Assembly: GCA_001643675.2 (NCBI GenBank)
Contig: LSRY02000035.1
Coordinates: forward strand, 248,001 to 312,000
DNA: 64,000 nucleotides
Source: Monocercomonoides exilis PA203
Lineage: Eukaryota > Protista > Preaxostyla
Reading direction: 5' to 3'
Made by a program: the position numbers and the translations under genes
Notes under the pieces: generated by a model
What the model saw: the letters and a program-made list of their open reading frames with translations, nothing else
Told to the model about the DNA's origin: nothing
Database searches by the model: none
Shown here: positions 23,971 through 38,305 of the stretch, piece by piece
How the letters are laid out: each line of letters opens with the position of its first letter
Numbering within the stretch: position 1 is the first letter of the stretch

Positions 23971-25426
23971 ATGGATGCATGCGGAAACGTTGAGCGTAAA
24001 AAAGAGATTCAAGAAATGCCTCTTTTTGACAAGTTTTCAAGTTTGCTCATTTTATCTATTTTTTTTTTTTTGAAATGGCAAGTTCTTTTTTTTTTTTTAT
24101 TAAATTGAAATTTTTTGAAGAATTGCTTTTTGAGCTGGGAAATTACAATGAAGATGAGCAGAAAGTCAAAATTGAAGAAATGCATAAATTGATTGCGAAA
24201 ATGAATAAAAAAGAATTGGACTGTGCTTTTTCGAAAGAGACATTCAACAAGATTAACAAAATGATTGAAGAAGACAAATTATCATTCGAAAACACTTTTT
24301 TGTTTTTAAGACAGGCGGGACATTTTAAAGAATTAAATAATTTCAAGTTTTATTCTTTTGATGAATCGCAATTGAATAAAAGAATTCGAAAGATGATTGT
24401 TGATGAAGAGAAGAAAAAAGAAGAAGTGAATGAAAAATTTCTTGTTGATTTGTGCGAATGCTATTTGTTACACAAAGATTGTTATATTTCAGAAAAGCTA
24501 CAAAATATTTGTATTCCTCGTCACCTGAAAATTGCATTGGACAAAGAAGAAAGCGAAAAAGCACAAAAGGAGAAAGAAACAGCTTTAATTGCTTTGAGCA
24601 ACATTGACAAACATCAGGTATCCGTGTTATTTTTTATTAAAATGTCAATCGCGTTTATTGATGATAACTCTATTTTGAAAAATAGGAAATAAATAAAAAA
24701 CTGTATCAAAACGGTGCGATAGAAATCATCAGACATCATCAAGAACACCACAACTTGACAAGACTTGCATATCAGTCAATTTGGCAGTTTTATACAAACA
24801 GGCAGCACAAAGAAAGAGAGTTGGAAGAAATAATTGTGAATGAGGTTCATTTTTTTAGAGAAGCATCAAGAGAAATGGAAGAGCTGGCAAAGTGTGTTGA
24901 TTGGAGGAAGACTGAAAAGGTATTGGAGAAGACGAAAGAAGTGCAGATAATATTGAAATGGATTCAAATGATCAAACGATTGACATGGAATGCCCGCACA
25001 TGGAAGGATGAATTCTCTGAGCTGATATGTTGCAATGTCTGTCTCAGCAGAGCAGCAAGAGAGAACGAAAGCGAAATATTCGAGGAATGTTCTTCTCTGC
25101 TTTTGGATATTACACGAATGAAAAATGTTGATGTTGATTGCTTGCTGAAGAAAGGAGTCATTGACCTGTTTTTGGAGGAATTTCTGCAGCCAACATTGAA
25201 CAAGGGTGTGGCGTATCAAAGCTTGGATTTTTTTCCTGAACTTTTCGGAAAATTGAAAAAAAAGGTGAACAATGAAAGAAGCAATGAAGAAAGAGAAACA
25301 ACGAAATTGGAGATATATGAAAAGATGGAAGAAGATGGGTTTGAAGATATCATTATAAGCTTAGGTGAAATTCTTTCTTTTTTAGGTTATAATAACTCTG
25401 TTTATTTTTCAACGGTTTTGGAGTGA
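23971..25426 (+). CDS. Same helical family, copy 5, apparently intact
   Basis: ATG 23971, introns at about 24041-24120 and 24618-24685; HHNLTRLAYQSIW, EKMEEDGFED. Confidence 0.82.
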
Positions 25427-25936
25427 AAATGTAAATGTTTGAATAAATGAAACTTTTTGACTTTCTAATGCCAAAAATCTTTTTTTCTTTATTTTTCGCC
25501 TTGCAAAATAAAATCTATCATTTGAAGAATATGAAAAGTTCTTTATTTTCAATAAAAAAAAAAAAAGGTAGAATTCTCTTTTCATATATTACGAGAAAAA
25601 ATTCAATTCGTATTCTCAGCGAATGAAAACAGTAATCACAATTGAAACAATAACTTATTCCACAAGAATTTAAAGATACCCATAATTATTTTTCAAGTTT
25701 TCAGTTTTTAGAAAATGGATGTGGCGAGCTTCACCGAACAGTCCATGTGGGAGCCACAGCAGCATGTTTGCTAATAATATAAGTTCAATGCATTAACAGA
25801 GTATCTGCTTTATTTTGTGGATGTGGCGCGTGGTTGTGCTCTATTTTTTATTCAATTTGTGTTTTCAGTCATTTTTGAAAAGGAAATTGGGAACAATGGA
25901 AAGCGCAACATTGCCCATAAGTGTATTAGATTTTTG

Positions 25937-27785
25937 CATGTCGAGCACTGCAAGGAGTGGAGACAGATCATCGGGCCCCTTTGGGTGGAGCTGGATGAAT
26001 AGAAACAGCGAAATTTTGAGCTGTGCGTCTCAAAACTTTAAGATGGGACAAGGAGACCATAGGAGCAAGCTTGCATTTGAACCAGGCAGCGATGCAATTG
26101 GTCACAGTTTCAGAGGGTCAGAAACATTATGTTCTGAAAGGATTTCTCTGGAAGAAAAAGATTTGAGGAAGAGCTCGGAGCGTGCAGGAGGAATTCTGCA
26201 AATCGAAGAGGATGCAGCAGATAAAACTCTCTATTTGAAAGAAAGGATAGGAACAGGATATGAAGATGTGAGATATTGGAAAAGCAGAGAAATGGAGATG
26301 GATCTATCTGGAAGGAAGGAGGAGGATATGAGAGAGGCAGGGAGGTTGGAAATGGTGAAGCGATGGGAAAGAGAAGACATGAATTTGAAAAAGAGAGAGG
26401 ATGAAGTGAGCATGGAAGATGAAACAGATATGGATGAGGTGGAGAATGAAAAGAGATTGAGAAATGATGATGAATTTAAAGGAGTCTGCTCAAGGAAGAG
26501 AAGAATGAAGGAAATAAGAGAGAAAGAACGGAACGCAGTGAACCGGAAGCAGATCAAGGAGGCAAAGTTGTTTGCAAGAGTATTTGGGGTGTGGGTTAGG
26601 AAGGAGTGGGTGGGAGAGGAAGAAGCAGAAATGTGGGATTTGGCGGAAAGAGAAATGAGAGAAAAGATGGGTTTGGAGTGTGAAGAGAGTGCAGAAGAGA
26701 ACGAGGAGAGTGAAAAGACGGAAATGGACGAGAGAGAGATGGGGAAATGGATTGGGATGGAAAAGAAGAAGAAATTGAAAAAGAAAAGTTGGGAAAGAGA
26801 GGAAAAAACAGGAGAAAAAGAAGAGAAAGAAGAAAAGGAAGAAAGCAGAAAAGAAAGATTGGAGTTGGCGAAGGGGGAAATTGAAAAGGAGGTGGATGAG
26901 AGGCATGAGGAAGTGAAATTATTTGAAAGGGAGCTGCAATGGAGTGCAGGTTCAGGGGTAAGGAATGGTGAGAGGAGTTGCCGATGCGAACTATTTGAGA
27001 GAGAGAGTTATTTTAGAGGGGCAATGCAATGGAGTTGCTTGGGATGGGGACTGTACGCACCTAGTTGTAAGGAGGGCAGTAAGTTGATGTGTAGAGATGG
27101 AAAGGGAATTTCACGTGTGACAGACGAGAGAGGAAAAGAAGAGGATTCTTTTGAGAAGAATATACATTTGGACAGAAAAACAATCGAGATGCCAAGTGTG
27201 AAAGGACAAGAAGAAACAGAATTCGATAAGTTGACATGGGATAGATGGAAAGACGGATGGGTGCAAAGAGAGAAAAGAGGAGAAAGAGAAGAGAAAGAGG
27301 GTGGGGAAAGGGCTTTGCAAAGCGAAAGGGGAAGAGGCAGAGATTTGATTATTCGAGATTTTGAGGATCCGTTTGGAAAAGAGGGAGTGAGAGGCGGTGC
27401 AGGTGATAGAAATGAAGAATGTGAGAGTGTGATAAAGAGTCTGGGGCTGCATGGATTGGAGCAGACGGGCATGAATACGGGTCGCTGGGATCACGGAAGA
27501 AGAGGGTATGCTGTGGATGAATGTGAAATGCTCAAACGGTATGTGTTTTCGTTGCATGAGGTGAAGTATATTCGGAGGCTTCGGCGGAGGGGAATTGATC
27601 CAGGGGATGTGATGAGCTTTGAGAAACATTTGGTTGAGGAAATGAAGAAGGTGGAGCCTGTTGTTGCATGGCTTGTGTGCAGTAGGGGAGCTGGAAGGCA
27701 GAAAGGGAGAAAGGCGATAAGTGAAGAAAATAAAGAGAAAACGAAGTTGGTTGGGATCAGCATGGCGGCTGCCAGAATTGGCTGA
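25937..27785 (+). mobile_element. Degenerate non-LTR retrotransposon-derived ORF (RLE/CRE-like), RT core unrecognisable
   Basis: Purine-rich intronless ORF with SSGPFGWS (RT region-0-like), CRC..AMQWSCLG (eroded Zn knuckle), RGRDLIIRDF, EVKY and PVVAWLVCSRG in the order expected for a restriction-like endonuclease; no YxDD. Confidence 0.5.
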
Positions 27786-28540
27786 ACGTGAATGAGAATG
27801 AAACGTGCATTACTGAAAAATAAAAACTTCTTTTCTGTTTTACTGCATTCTGGATGTTTCATATTTTAAATTTTATTTTCCGAATTTTTGATTAATTTTT
27901 TTTCACCAAATAATTGATTCAGAAGCTAAAATACAAATGATCAGGAAAATCCAATTTGATAGTTTAAAAAACAAGTTGCTTTGGGTCAGTCATTTATCAA
28001 ACACGCGTTTCAATTGGATCCAAAACATTTTCTGTACTCAACGTACACTTATTTATAAAATCATTATTGGAAACTTTTAAAATTTTTTCTGTCACTTTTC
28101 TGAAAATGTTATTTTATTTTATTTTTTTTTTTTTTGGATTCATTTTTTTTTCGAAAAATGCACAATTTTAATAATTTTGAATAAGAAGTTAACCAAAATC
28201 GAATAATTAGTTTCTTAATTTTGTTAAATTAATTGTGTGGAAATACAATTGTAGGTTGTAAATTTAAATTTTCAATGATTATCTCAAATCAATAACGATT
28301 GATTCAAATAACAAATGCTTTATTCTGATTATATCTGTTTGATAATGCAAAACGAAACCTCAAATATCAACTCTTTCCCATTTTAATTTTTAAAAAATTT
28401 TGTTATATATTTTTGAGCAATAGGAACAGTTATTTGCTCAAACTTACAGAAATAAATGTGTGATAATTCTATATGTGTATTTAGATGTTGCGATGATTTC
28501 GTTGAATGTTTATATACCCAGAGTTATTTGCTTTGAATAT

Positions 28541-30188
28541 ATGTCGGAAAATGAAAGTGATGAGCGTGAATTGCTGTTAAACCTACTGTTTGCGATGCTT
28601 ATCCAATTTTCACATATATTCTATTTATTTCATTATCAATGAATACTTCAATGTTTTCTTCTCTCTTTTTTTGTTGGTGAAAATTCACTTTTTCTGCACG
28701 AAGCAAAAAGGTGAAAGGCTGCTATAGTGATACAAATCCTTCATCAAAAAGAAAATTGTATTTGCAACTTGTGGAATATTGTAAAAAGTGGAAGATGAAT
28801 GTCGAAGCGCAGAATCTGCTTTTGGACACATTTTTTGAACTTAGTAAACATTCGTTTTCCTTGGAGGAGATAAATGCAATTCTTGAAGCAGCAAATGAAC
28901 TTGTGGAGATGCAAGAGGAGCATGCGTTTCAAACAATTGCGGAGGCTTTGAGTGCAATTGGTTTGTTTGAACCTTTTTGTTAACGGTTTATTTATTGAGT
29001 TGATTTGTAAACATGAAAATTGTGTTTTCCCAAGCTGAAAACGAAATAAAATCTAACAACGTGGAAAGTAATTTGGAAAAACTTGCTGAAATTAATCTCA
29101 GATTGCTCAGGTTCGCAACACGTTACATCTAGCATTCTTAAAGAAAAAAAATTTTTTTTTGTTTTTATTTGTTTTGATTTAGATCGACATGCAAAGAAGA
29201 AATCATGATAACTTTACTGAAGAATTTTCTGCTGCTGTCCATTTCAGCTTCTCCGTTGAAGATTGTTGGCGATGGATCGTTGTTCGATGTGGTGAAGGAA
29301 GTGATGATGGAGCATGGGAATGATGCGATCTCTGCCACAATTGGTGAAATGTGCCTCAATTTTGTGGAGAGGGATGAGACAGGAGTGGTCGGCGAGATGA
29401 TTATTGGAAGAGAGCTGATACGACTTGCGGTCAAGAAAGCGTTTGAAGCAGGAGAAGTCAAAAGAAGCCGGGAAAGAGACAGTGATGGAGCAATGGCAGA
29501 AGATGAAAAGGAGAACAAAGAAGAAGAAGAGGAGGAGACCTTTGCAGCAGCTGGGTGGAGCAAGTGGAAGAAGCTCGCTTTGATAATTTTTGAGCGGTTT
29601 GCTCCAAAGGATGAGAGAGACATGAGTTCAAAGTCGCCTTTTTGCCAAAGGAAGGATGGAAAGAGCATCAAAAAAGGCAAATCACGGAAAGAAAGTGAGC
29701 TTTCTCCAGAGACTTCTTCTTCTTCTTCTTCTTCTTTATTCAATTCATCAAATACTAATAAAAGCAACGATGACGATGATGATGATGACGATGATGATGA
29801 CGATGATGATGATGATAATGTTCCCGAAGAGCAGCCACAACCGAACCAAGTGCATGTCATATCGATTCACATGCGAATTCTGCTGCAGTGTCTTTGTGTG
29901 GCTGACGATGAGATCAAAAATGCTGTCTGTGCTGTTCTCGCAAAGCTGCTGGGCGTTGCGGGTGAAGGAGATGAAGACGCAGAAGAGGGGAAGAAAGGAA
30001 AAATTTGCGATGGAAAAGAAAGAGAAAGAGAAGGAGAAAGAGAGGATGATAGTGATAGAGTTTATAAAGTGAAGGGAAAAGCACTTAATCACACGCAAGT
30101 CCAATCAAAGACTGCAAAAGGAAGCAAGACGAATAAGTCACAAAAGGGCAGAGAATCCAAAGAAGAGGAGGAAAAGAGGAGGACTGAA

Positions 30189-30220
<32 letters not shown>

Positions 30221-33200
30221 AGAGAAAGCACACAAAATAAGAGAAGCAGAGCGGACAGCAAAGGAGAAAGAAAGCGAAGAAATGAGAATTCGAAGTCTGT
30301 TTTTCAGTGAAAGTGGGATTGAGTGTGTTTGTGGAGAGATTCAAAAGATGTTGAAGAGACAATTTGCAAAAGAAGATGATGAGTGCAAATCTCATTCAAA
30401 TGATGTGCCATTGAAGCCATCGAAATCTGGTGGATTCTCACTTTTCAATTCTTCATTATCATCATCCTCTTCTTCTTCCTCTTCTTCCTCATCCTCTTCT
30501 TCTTCTTCTTCTATTCCCCCCAATCCTTTTGATATCTCCAAAGAAGACATCGTCTTGCTTCATTCATTCCTCTCCATTCTGTTGAATTGTCTGCCACATT
30601 TTTCTCTTCCGAAGCAAGTGACAGACATCTCCCAGATAATCGTTCAGCTGCTTTTGTGTTCGCAGAAGGAGAATGAAAAATCAAAAAAAAAGCAGTTTTT
30701 GGATGAGGTTGTAAGATTCATCAGTCAAATGAACAGCGTTGCAAAGAATAATCGTATGCTGATATGGAACAAATGAGAATTTTATTTCAAAAAATAAATA
30801 TGAAAAGAGGAAATTTTAATATAATGTCGCATTTTTTTGTTGAGTTTTTGCGAATTGTTATACATAAAAAATTCAGAAAGTCTTATTTGTTTAATCGAAT
30901 ATACAAATTTTCATTCAAAATTTATTTATTTATTTAATTTAATTATTATTTTCCTCTTTCTCTGTAAATAGCCATGCTTCATCCATTGTTCATCACAGCA
31001 TTCAGCAACGATGCTCTCCTGTCTCAAATTGTCAGCTTTCTCGATTCCTCTTCTGCTCCTCTTCGCTTCTGCCTCTTCTCCTTCATAAGCACTCTTGCTG
31101 CAATGAAGATTGCTATCCAAAACGACGAGGTTCCAATTGATGCTTCACAGCAAAAAGTGGCTGATGGCTCTTCTTCTTCTTCTTCCTCTTCCTCTTCCTC
31201 TTCTTCAACATCTTCCTCTGCTTTTTCTTCTCTATCGCAGAATTCAGAGCCAATCATTCTCCAGCTTATTGTTGATCCTCCAAAACCAAAAACTTCACCG
31301 AGTGTATCTTCTTCTTCTTCTTCTTCTTCTTCTTCTTCTACTTTTTCTTTATCTTCTTCCTCGTTTTCTTCCTCTTCATCTGCTTTTCCATCTTCTTTTT
31401 TGCCCACACTTTCTCCTCCTCCTCTCTCACCTCCTCTTTCACCTCCTCTTTCACCTCCTCCTCTGTCTCTGACTCCTCCTCCTTCTTTGTCTCTTTCTTC
31501 TTTTATGCAACCAATTCCATTTGGCTCTGAAATGAAGCCGTTTGCTGTTGATCCTTTGATCTCTTCATCTTCTTTGTCATTTTCTTCTTCTTCTTCTTCT
31601 TCTTCTTCTTCTTCGAAGCTAACTGAGCCAACTGAATCTTCAGTAGAAAAGCCCTCTTTCTCCATCTCAAATGTCTCACAATCAGTCATCACTCTTCTTC
31701 CTTCTCTTGCCAATGTGAATATTCTCCCTGTGTCTGTCAATGCAGCTGTCTCTGCTGATTCTCCACCTTCCCTTGCTTCGGATGCCTTGAATGTCATCGC
31801 ATATGTCCTCCGCTGGAAGCCTGCCCTGTGCGCTGCAGTGAGAGACGAGCACTTGCTGAATGCTCTGTTTGGAACACTGAGGAACTGGGAGAAGGGGATT
31901 GTGAGAGAAAAAAAGGCAGACGCAAAAGGAGAAGAAAGCAAGCACAGAAACAAGAAGAAGCAGATTAAGAGCGAAGAAAACGAAGAGGAATGGCAGGAAG
32001 AGGAAAACGAGAAGGAAAAGGAAAAAATACCTTTTGATCAGCTTTTCAGTGCGTCGCTGCGTCTTCTCAGGCTTCTGATAGGAATTGATCCGACAGTCAA
32101 TTGTCGCTTCTCTATGGAAGATCTGATGTCTTCGATCAAGCAGGAAATGCAGAGAGCAGACTATTCAGACGAGATTGTTGGGTGTGCATTCACGTTGATT
32201 GATGCGTTGCTGGTGTCGGGCAGGCAGAAGGAGATCAAAAAGGAGATGGAGAAGCTGGAAGGGAGGAAGCTGTTCGTGAAGTGGGTGAATGAGAAGAGGA
32301 AATCAGACATGAAAGTGGAGGATGTGCTGCAGTATGGGAGGTTGTGCATGCATGTGGTGCAGATGTGGGCGATGCAGAACACAAAATTGAACAATGTACA
32401 GCGGAAAAGTGCGACTCTGTTTCTTTTGCGAGGCGGGAGAGCTATTCCTTTGCGCGGTGTGAAGATGGCGCTGGAGCTTATTGAGACGGTGAGTGTAAGT
32501 GTGGCAGAAGAAGAGCTTAATCCTCAGGTCAAATTGGCTTCAACGCTTCTGTCGCTGATAGACACGGCTTCTTCTTCTGCTTCGACTTCTGCTGCTTCTT
32601 CAGCCACTGCAGCTGATGTGAAAGCGAAGTGCATTGAGACACTGGAAAATGTGCTCATGCGCTTCTACAATGCAAGCCATGAGCGGTTTCCGCAATTCTT
32701 TTCGCGGCTGCTGCAGAAGGAAGAGATGAGGATGCTTAAAGTGTTTACGAATGCTAAGCTGCTGGACAGGATCTTTATGTTGATTATGCTATTCATAAAT
32801 CCAAAATTTGGGATGGCAAAAGAGGTGCTGCACATTGTTGCTTTTCTCCTCAAAAGTGAGTTGAAAGGAGAGGAAACCTCTTCCAACAGAAAGAATGAAC
32901 AGATCGGCTCTTCTGTGAATCCGATCTTTTACCAGAGGAACATTTCCAGCGTATGTGAGCCAAAGAATCCAGCTTCTTCTTCGATAATGCACCGATTAAT
33001 GTCGAGTGACTTTATCTCGCCCTTGCGTCCGTATGTGACAGGAGAATGCGAAAGAAATGCAGATGTGTTTTATGTGCTGAATGTGATGGCGATGCAAGGT
33101 GTATCGATTGGGATGTTTCCACTCTGCAACAGCCTGCATGATTTGTTTTTTGAGAATGGCATTGGTACAGATGAGTTCCGAAAGAGCGATGTTCCGTTCA

Positions 33201-34420
33201 GCTTTATTTTGAGTGCTGGATATGATGATTATGTCATTTCTCCTCTTCAAATTGCACACATATTCAGGGACATATTTCATCCTCTGGATGAGTTGGATCT
33301 GATCTGCAATTTGACAGCGCTGTGCTGTGCTTTGGAGATGGGTGCGTGAATGATTGGATGTTGTGAGAGATAACAATGAGAGTGTTAGAAAATTTTTTGT
33401 TCACATTTTCAATTTTTATTTCGTGAATTGATAAATATTTCTTTCTTTCTTTCTTTCTTTCTTTTTCTTTCTTTTTCTTTCTTTTTCTTTTCTTTCTTTT
33501 TTTTTTTAACTGTTCACATTCTATTTTTTTTTTTAAATGAATATTTTCCTCTAATTCTTAACAATTCTCCAGGCGATAATTTCCGCATGTCAAGCCCACT
33601 TGAATATGGCGTGCTTGATTTGATTGAACAACAGTTTGGCTTTTCGTTCTCATGGACTCTAGATCCAGTTTTTGTCGATGCTTGGAGTAAGAAGCGCAGA
33701 AATATCCCTGCACCAAAAGTTGTGCCGAAAGTTACTAAGCTTCCCTCAATACCTGTTCTGCGCTGCATTTTGCGTCTTATTCATTCAGTCTTTTGCGGAT
33801 ATGATGTTATTGAACACAGAGACTTCAGAGAGAAATGTGCATATTTCCTTATTGCATTAGCCCCGCCTTTATTGGAACTTAATCTGACAACTGATGTGGA
33901 TATCAATGAGCTTGAGGATGACAAAGCATTTTTACTTCCAGAGTTTAATTCGAATATTCAGCGCAGATTTGATGAAGCCACTCAGATGCTGTACAGCTGT
34001 GCTTGTGCAAGTGTCTTGCGCAGTCCTCTAATGCTCCTTTCGTTTTACCTGCGCCGTCCGCTTTTCAAACGTTGTTTGCTTCCGTCAAGATGCCAGTCAG
34101 CGCTGTGGGTGAGGTCAATTTTCAATCTTGATGAATGCGATAAATACGTAGCAAAGGGAAGAAATGATGTGGCCGTTCCGTATCCAGAGTATATTTCTAT
34201 ACTTCTTTCAGCAGCAATGCTCGCATGCGGCTTCTATGCGAGAAGATTATCAAAATCAATTCTGAAAGTGCTTTCAATGATTTCGTTGGAACCAAGTTCG
34301 CTAAAGCTTGGAGAAGAAGAGGGTCTGAGTGATGTTTTTCTTGCTCTTTATTGCGCTTCTGATTATTACAAGTTCGACAGTACAGCTCATAAACAAGGGT
34401 TGATTTTTGACTTTCTATAG
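28541..34420 (+). CDS. Large (~1,700 aa) uncharacterised helical/ARM-like protein with poly-S/D/E and PPLS inserts, 6 exons
   Basis: Exons at about 28541-28587, 28704-28960, 29035-29110, 29183-30753, 30972-33341 and 33573-34420 splice in frame by GT-AG; paralogue at 55153-60910. Confidence 0.8.
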
Positions 34421-35590
34421 TTTTCGAGAGGTGTATTTTAGTGTGATATTTTTAAAATTTGGTGGTTGTTATTTTGATTTGAATCAAATTCAATATTTTT
34501 TTGAGGCAAGCAATTTTGTTTCTTTCTTGCAAATAGTTTTTAAGAAAATTGTTATTATTCTAATTGAAGTGTTTATTAAATGTTTGTCATCATTGTGATG
34601 CTCTCTCTTTTTATCTGTTAGTTTTCAGGCACTTTTTTATTAAATTTTCAGTTTATTCTCTTTATCGCTGTAATTTTTAAAGAGCGCATTTTTGTTGAAT
34701 TATTTCAGAATTTTGTATATTGTTGAGGGAGATTAAAATCTGTAAATTCGGTTGGAATGGACCACAGCAGCTATCATTCAACTTTTACTATTTTTTGTTG
34801 ATTGTGTGCAAAACTTGTTTCGATGAATTCACAATTTCGGATAATGGAAATAACAATCAATAAAATTGAAATTTTCGTTTGAATATCATGCGTCTTGTAC
34901 TTCGGGTGCTAATTATAATTTATAATCAGAAAACTTTATTTATCAAAATTGAAAAAATAAAGCATTTTCAAATTAAAATTCGAATTGAATAATTTTCTTT
35001 AACAGTCTGAATTGTCCAAATATGTTCGAAAAAGATAATTGTGTCAAAAATTGATGTTTTCTGATTAACATAATTGAATGATAAACATTTTGTTATGTTT
35101 TTTTAAAAAAATCAACAATTCAAATAATGAATTGCTCAAGAACATAAAGCTTTTTCTTTTTAACTGTTCTGAAGGATGGGTATTATTTTTTTTTATTTGT
35201 TTTCTGTGTGGCAAAAAATTTTTACGAAAAAATCCATCACAGAATGAATAAATGATAAGAAGATTTAACGAAATTTTATTTCATTCAAACCGAAAAAAAA
35301 AAAAAATATCTCAGAAAAATAATAAAAAGTTGTTTATCTATTTTGGATTTACTGTTGGTTTGATCAAACAGAAAGAAAAGTCTTTTTCTTTTATTTTATT
35401 TTATTTTCCATCTAAGTTCATTGGATTTGTTTAGTGTTCCATTTTTACTAATTTTAAAAGCAACAAATATTGGTATTGCGACTGTAGCCTTTTCATTTTA
35501 CAAAATAATAAATATAGTTTATATTTATTGATTATTCTGTTATGTGAAGGACAAATTCGAATAAATTGAGAAATACAGGTTAGAAACAGA

Positions 35591-37061
35591 ATGAGCATAC
35601 GTAACGATAATGAGTTCACAGTTGTAATTCATGAGATGACCCTCACTGGAGAATTTTCAAGTTTATTTTTTTTTTCTTTTGAGAAAGACGTTATATTTCA
35701 TTCTTTTCATGTTTTTTGGAGAGTTGTTTAATGAGTTGGACGGTTGCAATGAGGAGGGGCAAAGACAGAAAATCGTGGAAATGAACCGAATATTGGAAGA
35801 AATGAATGAAAAAGAATTTATATCCATTTATACAACGGAATTGCTCAATAGAATAGATAAAATGATGAAAAGAAAGAAAGTTTCATTGGAAAATTCGTTT
35901 TTGTTGTTAACTCGCATTGGATATTGCAAAGGGCTTGTGGGGCTGTGGAGCGCCAGTTTTTATGAATCTTCACTTTACAATAGATTGAATAACATGATAT
36001 TTATTGAAGCGCGGAAAATAGAAGGAAAGAATGAAAATTTACTAATTAGCCTTTGTGAGTGTTATATTTTACTTCTCAACCATTATTGGAAAATGTCAAA
36101 AGGGTTGCTTTTTAAAAGTGTTAATTGCATTATAAAGGCTGAATTGAGCAAAAAGGAGGATGAAAAAACACAGAAAGAGGTGGAAATAACATTGCTTGCT
36201 TTAAGCAGAATTGACGCTCATATAGTTTGTGAATTATTTTCATTTTCATTTATTTTTGTTCCTTTTGACAACAAATTTTGGAAGAGAATGAAAGAAGATA
36301 TTTATTCGACTAAAATTGCAGAAATCATCAAGTATCACCAGGAGCATCACAACTTGACACAACTTGCATATCAATCAGCTTGGGAGTTTTTAATGGTTTT
36401 ATATAAGGATGACAAATGTTTGGAAAGATTGATTGTGAATGAGTTGCATTTTGTGAGAGAGGCAACCAGAGAATTGGAAGAGCTTATGGGATATGTGGAT
36501 TGGAAGAAATCGAAAAAGGCCAAAAGAGGAAAGGAAATGAAGGATATTCGAATAATAGAAAGGTGGTTGGACACAATTTACATTATCTTTTTGCAATGCA
36601 GATTGAGTGATGAAGAGTTTATCAGATTGGCATCATGCGTGAAAAGGATATTCAGAGCGGCAAGTGATAACCATAGAGGAATTAGAAGGATGTGCATTCG
36701 ATGCTATTTGATAACATATTTTAACAGAGCTGTGAAAAATGAAGCATTGCTGAATGGAGGAGCTGTTGATGTTGTTTTAGAGGAGATTACTCAATTTGAT
36801 ATAGATAATTTACATTGTTTAGGATGTTTGAGTTTTTTCAAAAGCATGTGCGAAAGATTGAAGACAACAGTGGAACCAGAAGAAAAAAGGGCAAACGGAA
36901 AAGAGATGAGAAGAAAGGCGTTAAAAATGGAAATATTTGAAAAGATGGAGGAAGAAGGATATGAAGATTACATCTTTGGATTGTTTCATTGCTTAGTAAA
37001 CGGAACCGATGATCTTTTCATATTGTTTGAAAATTTGAATGATTGTTTTGTTTGTTGCTGA
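35591..37061 (+). CDS. Same helical family, copy 6, apparently intact
   Basis: ATG 35591, introns at about 35661-35721 and 36225-36284 (60 nt, stop-free, read through in the ORF track); all motifs present. Confidence 0.85.
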
Positions 37062-38305
37062 ATCAACCCATTTTGTTGTTTTTTCACATTTCCACTTCAT
37101 TCATCTTTGAATAGAATATCTATTTGGACAAAATATAAAGAAATGCTTCTCAATAAAACAGTAGATGAGCTTTTTCACAGATACAAGAACTTTTGAAACA
37201 ATGATTTGATAACATTTGAGATAACTTTTGCGCACGAACAGCAAACATATTCTCCAAAATTAATAATTCTGTGAATATTATGAGTCAGAGTTTTTCGGCT
37301 TTCTTGGAGTCTATTCTTCGTTAATAACTGAATTCCACAACATCCTTCAATGATGAAAAACATCTATTGTGCATCGAATCTGCGATTTTTTTGGCAAAAC
37401 AATGCTTTGAACGAAACTTGATGAACTTGAAGAGATATTTTGAATCTCACATTTTTCAGAAGAATTTGAAGTTGTTGCATTTTGAGGTGAAAAGGAATAT
37501 TGGAAGGAATAATTGGTGAATCAGCTGCTCACTACTTTAAAAATGGAAGAAATGGAAAAAATACTGGATTTGTGGAACTTCATCAGAGAAAATAACGTTT
37601 ATCATTGAAATAATTCATCAAATCTGGGTTCATCATTTGTTCTGTAAATCTGAATAATTTTTTACGATATTTTTGAACTGTTTTCAAAAGTTTGGTTGAA
37701 CGAAATAACAATGAATTAGATGGTTTAAAAGAAGAAGAAGAAAAATTTGTGAGAGATGAGGAAATGTGGGAAATAATTGAGAAAGAGATTGAAGGAAGGA
37801 AGGATGAATGAGACGATTGGAGAAAACAAGAAATAACGAAGTGCTCAGTTTGAAACTCCTGTGTAATGTATTTTTTGAGGAAATATGGAATGAGAGAAAA
37901 AAGGGGAAGCGAAAGAAGTTAATTACGAAACGAAGAAAACTGAAAAAAAATGGGGTGTATTGCGATGCACATTTTTCTTTTTGTTGTGAGAGTGAGACGA
38001 TTGAGCGAAAATTAATGATCCAATGATTTGTTTCTGTCAAAAAAATGCAAAAGCCTGTTGATTAAAGACTGAAGAAGAGAATTTCGGTTGCTTTTCTTTT
38101 GTTATTAAATGATATTTCTCTCAACAATTTCATGGGTGAAAACAAAGTATCAATTTTTTAATCAACTTCATCTTTATCTTTCACATTATTAAAAATGTAT
38201 TTAAACAGTCACTCTTTCAAGAAATATATATATTTGTTTTTTGAGAAAAACGAGAGAGAAAAAATAATAGTAAGGTTCTGATCTTTCCAAAAGAAAAAGA
38301 ATCAA

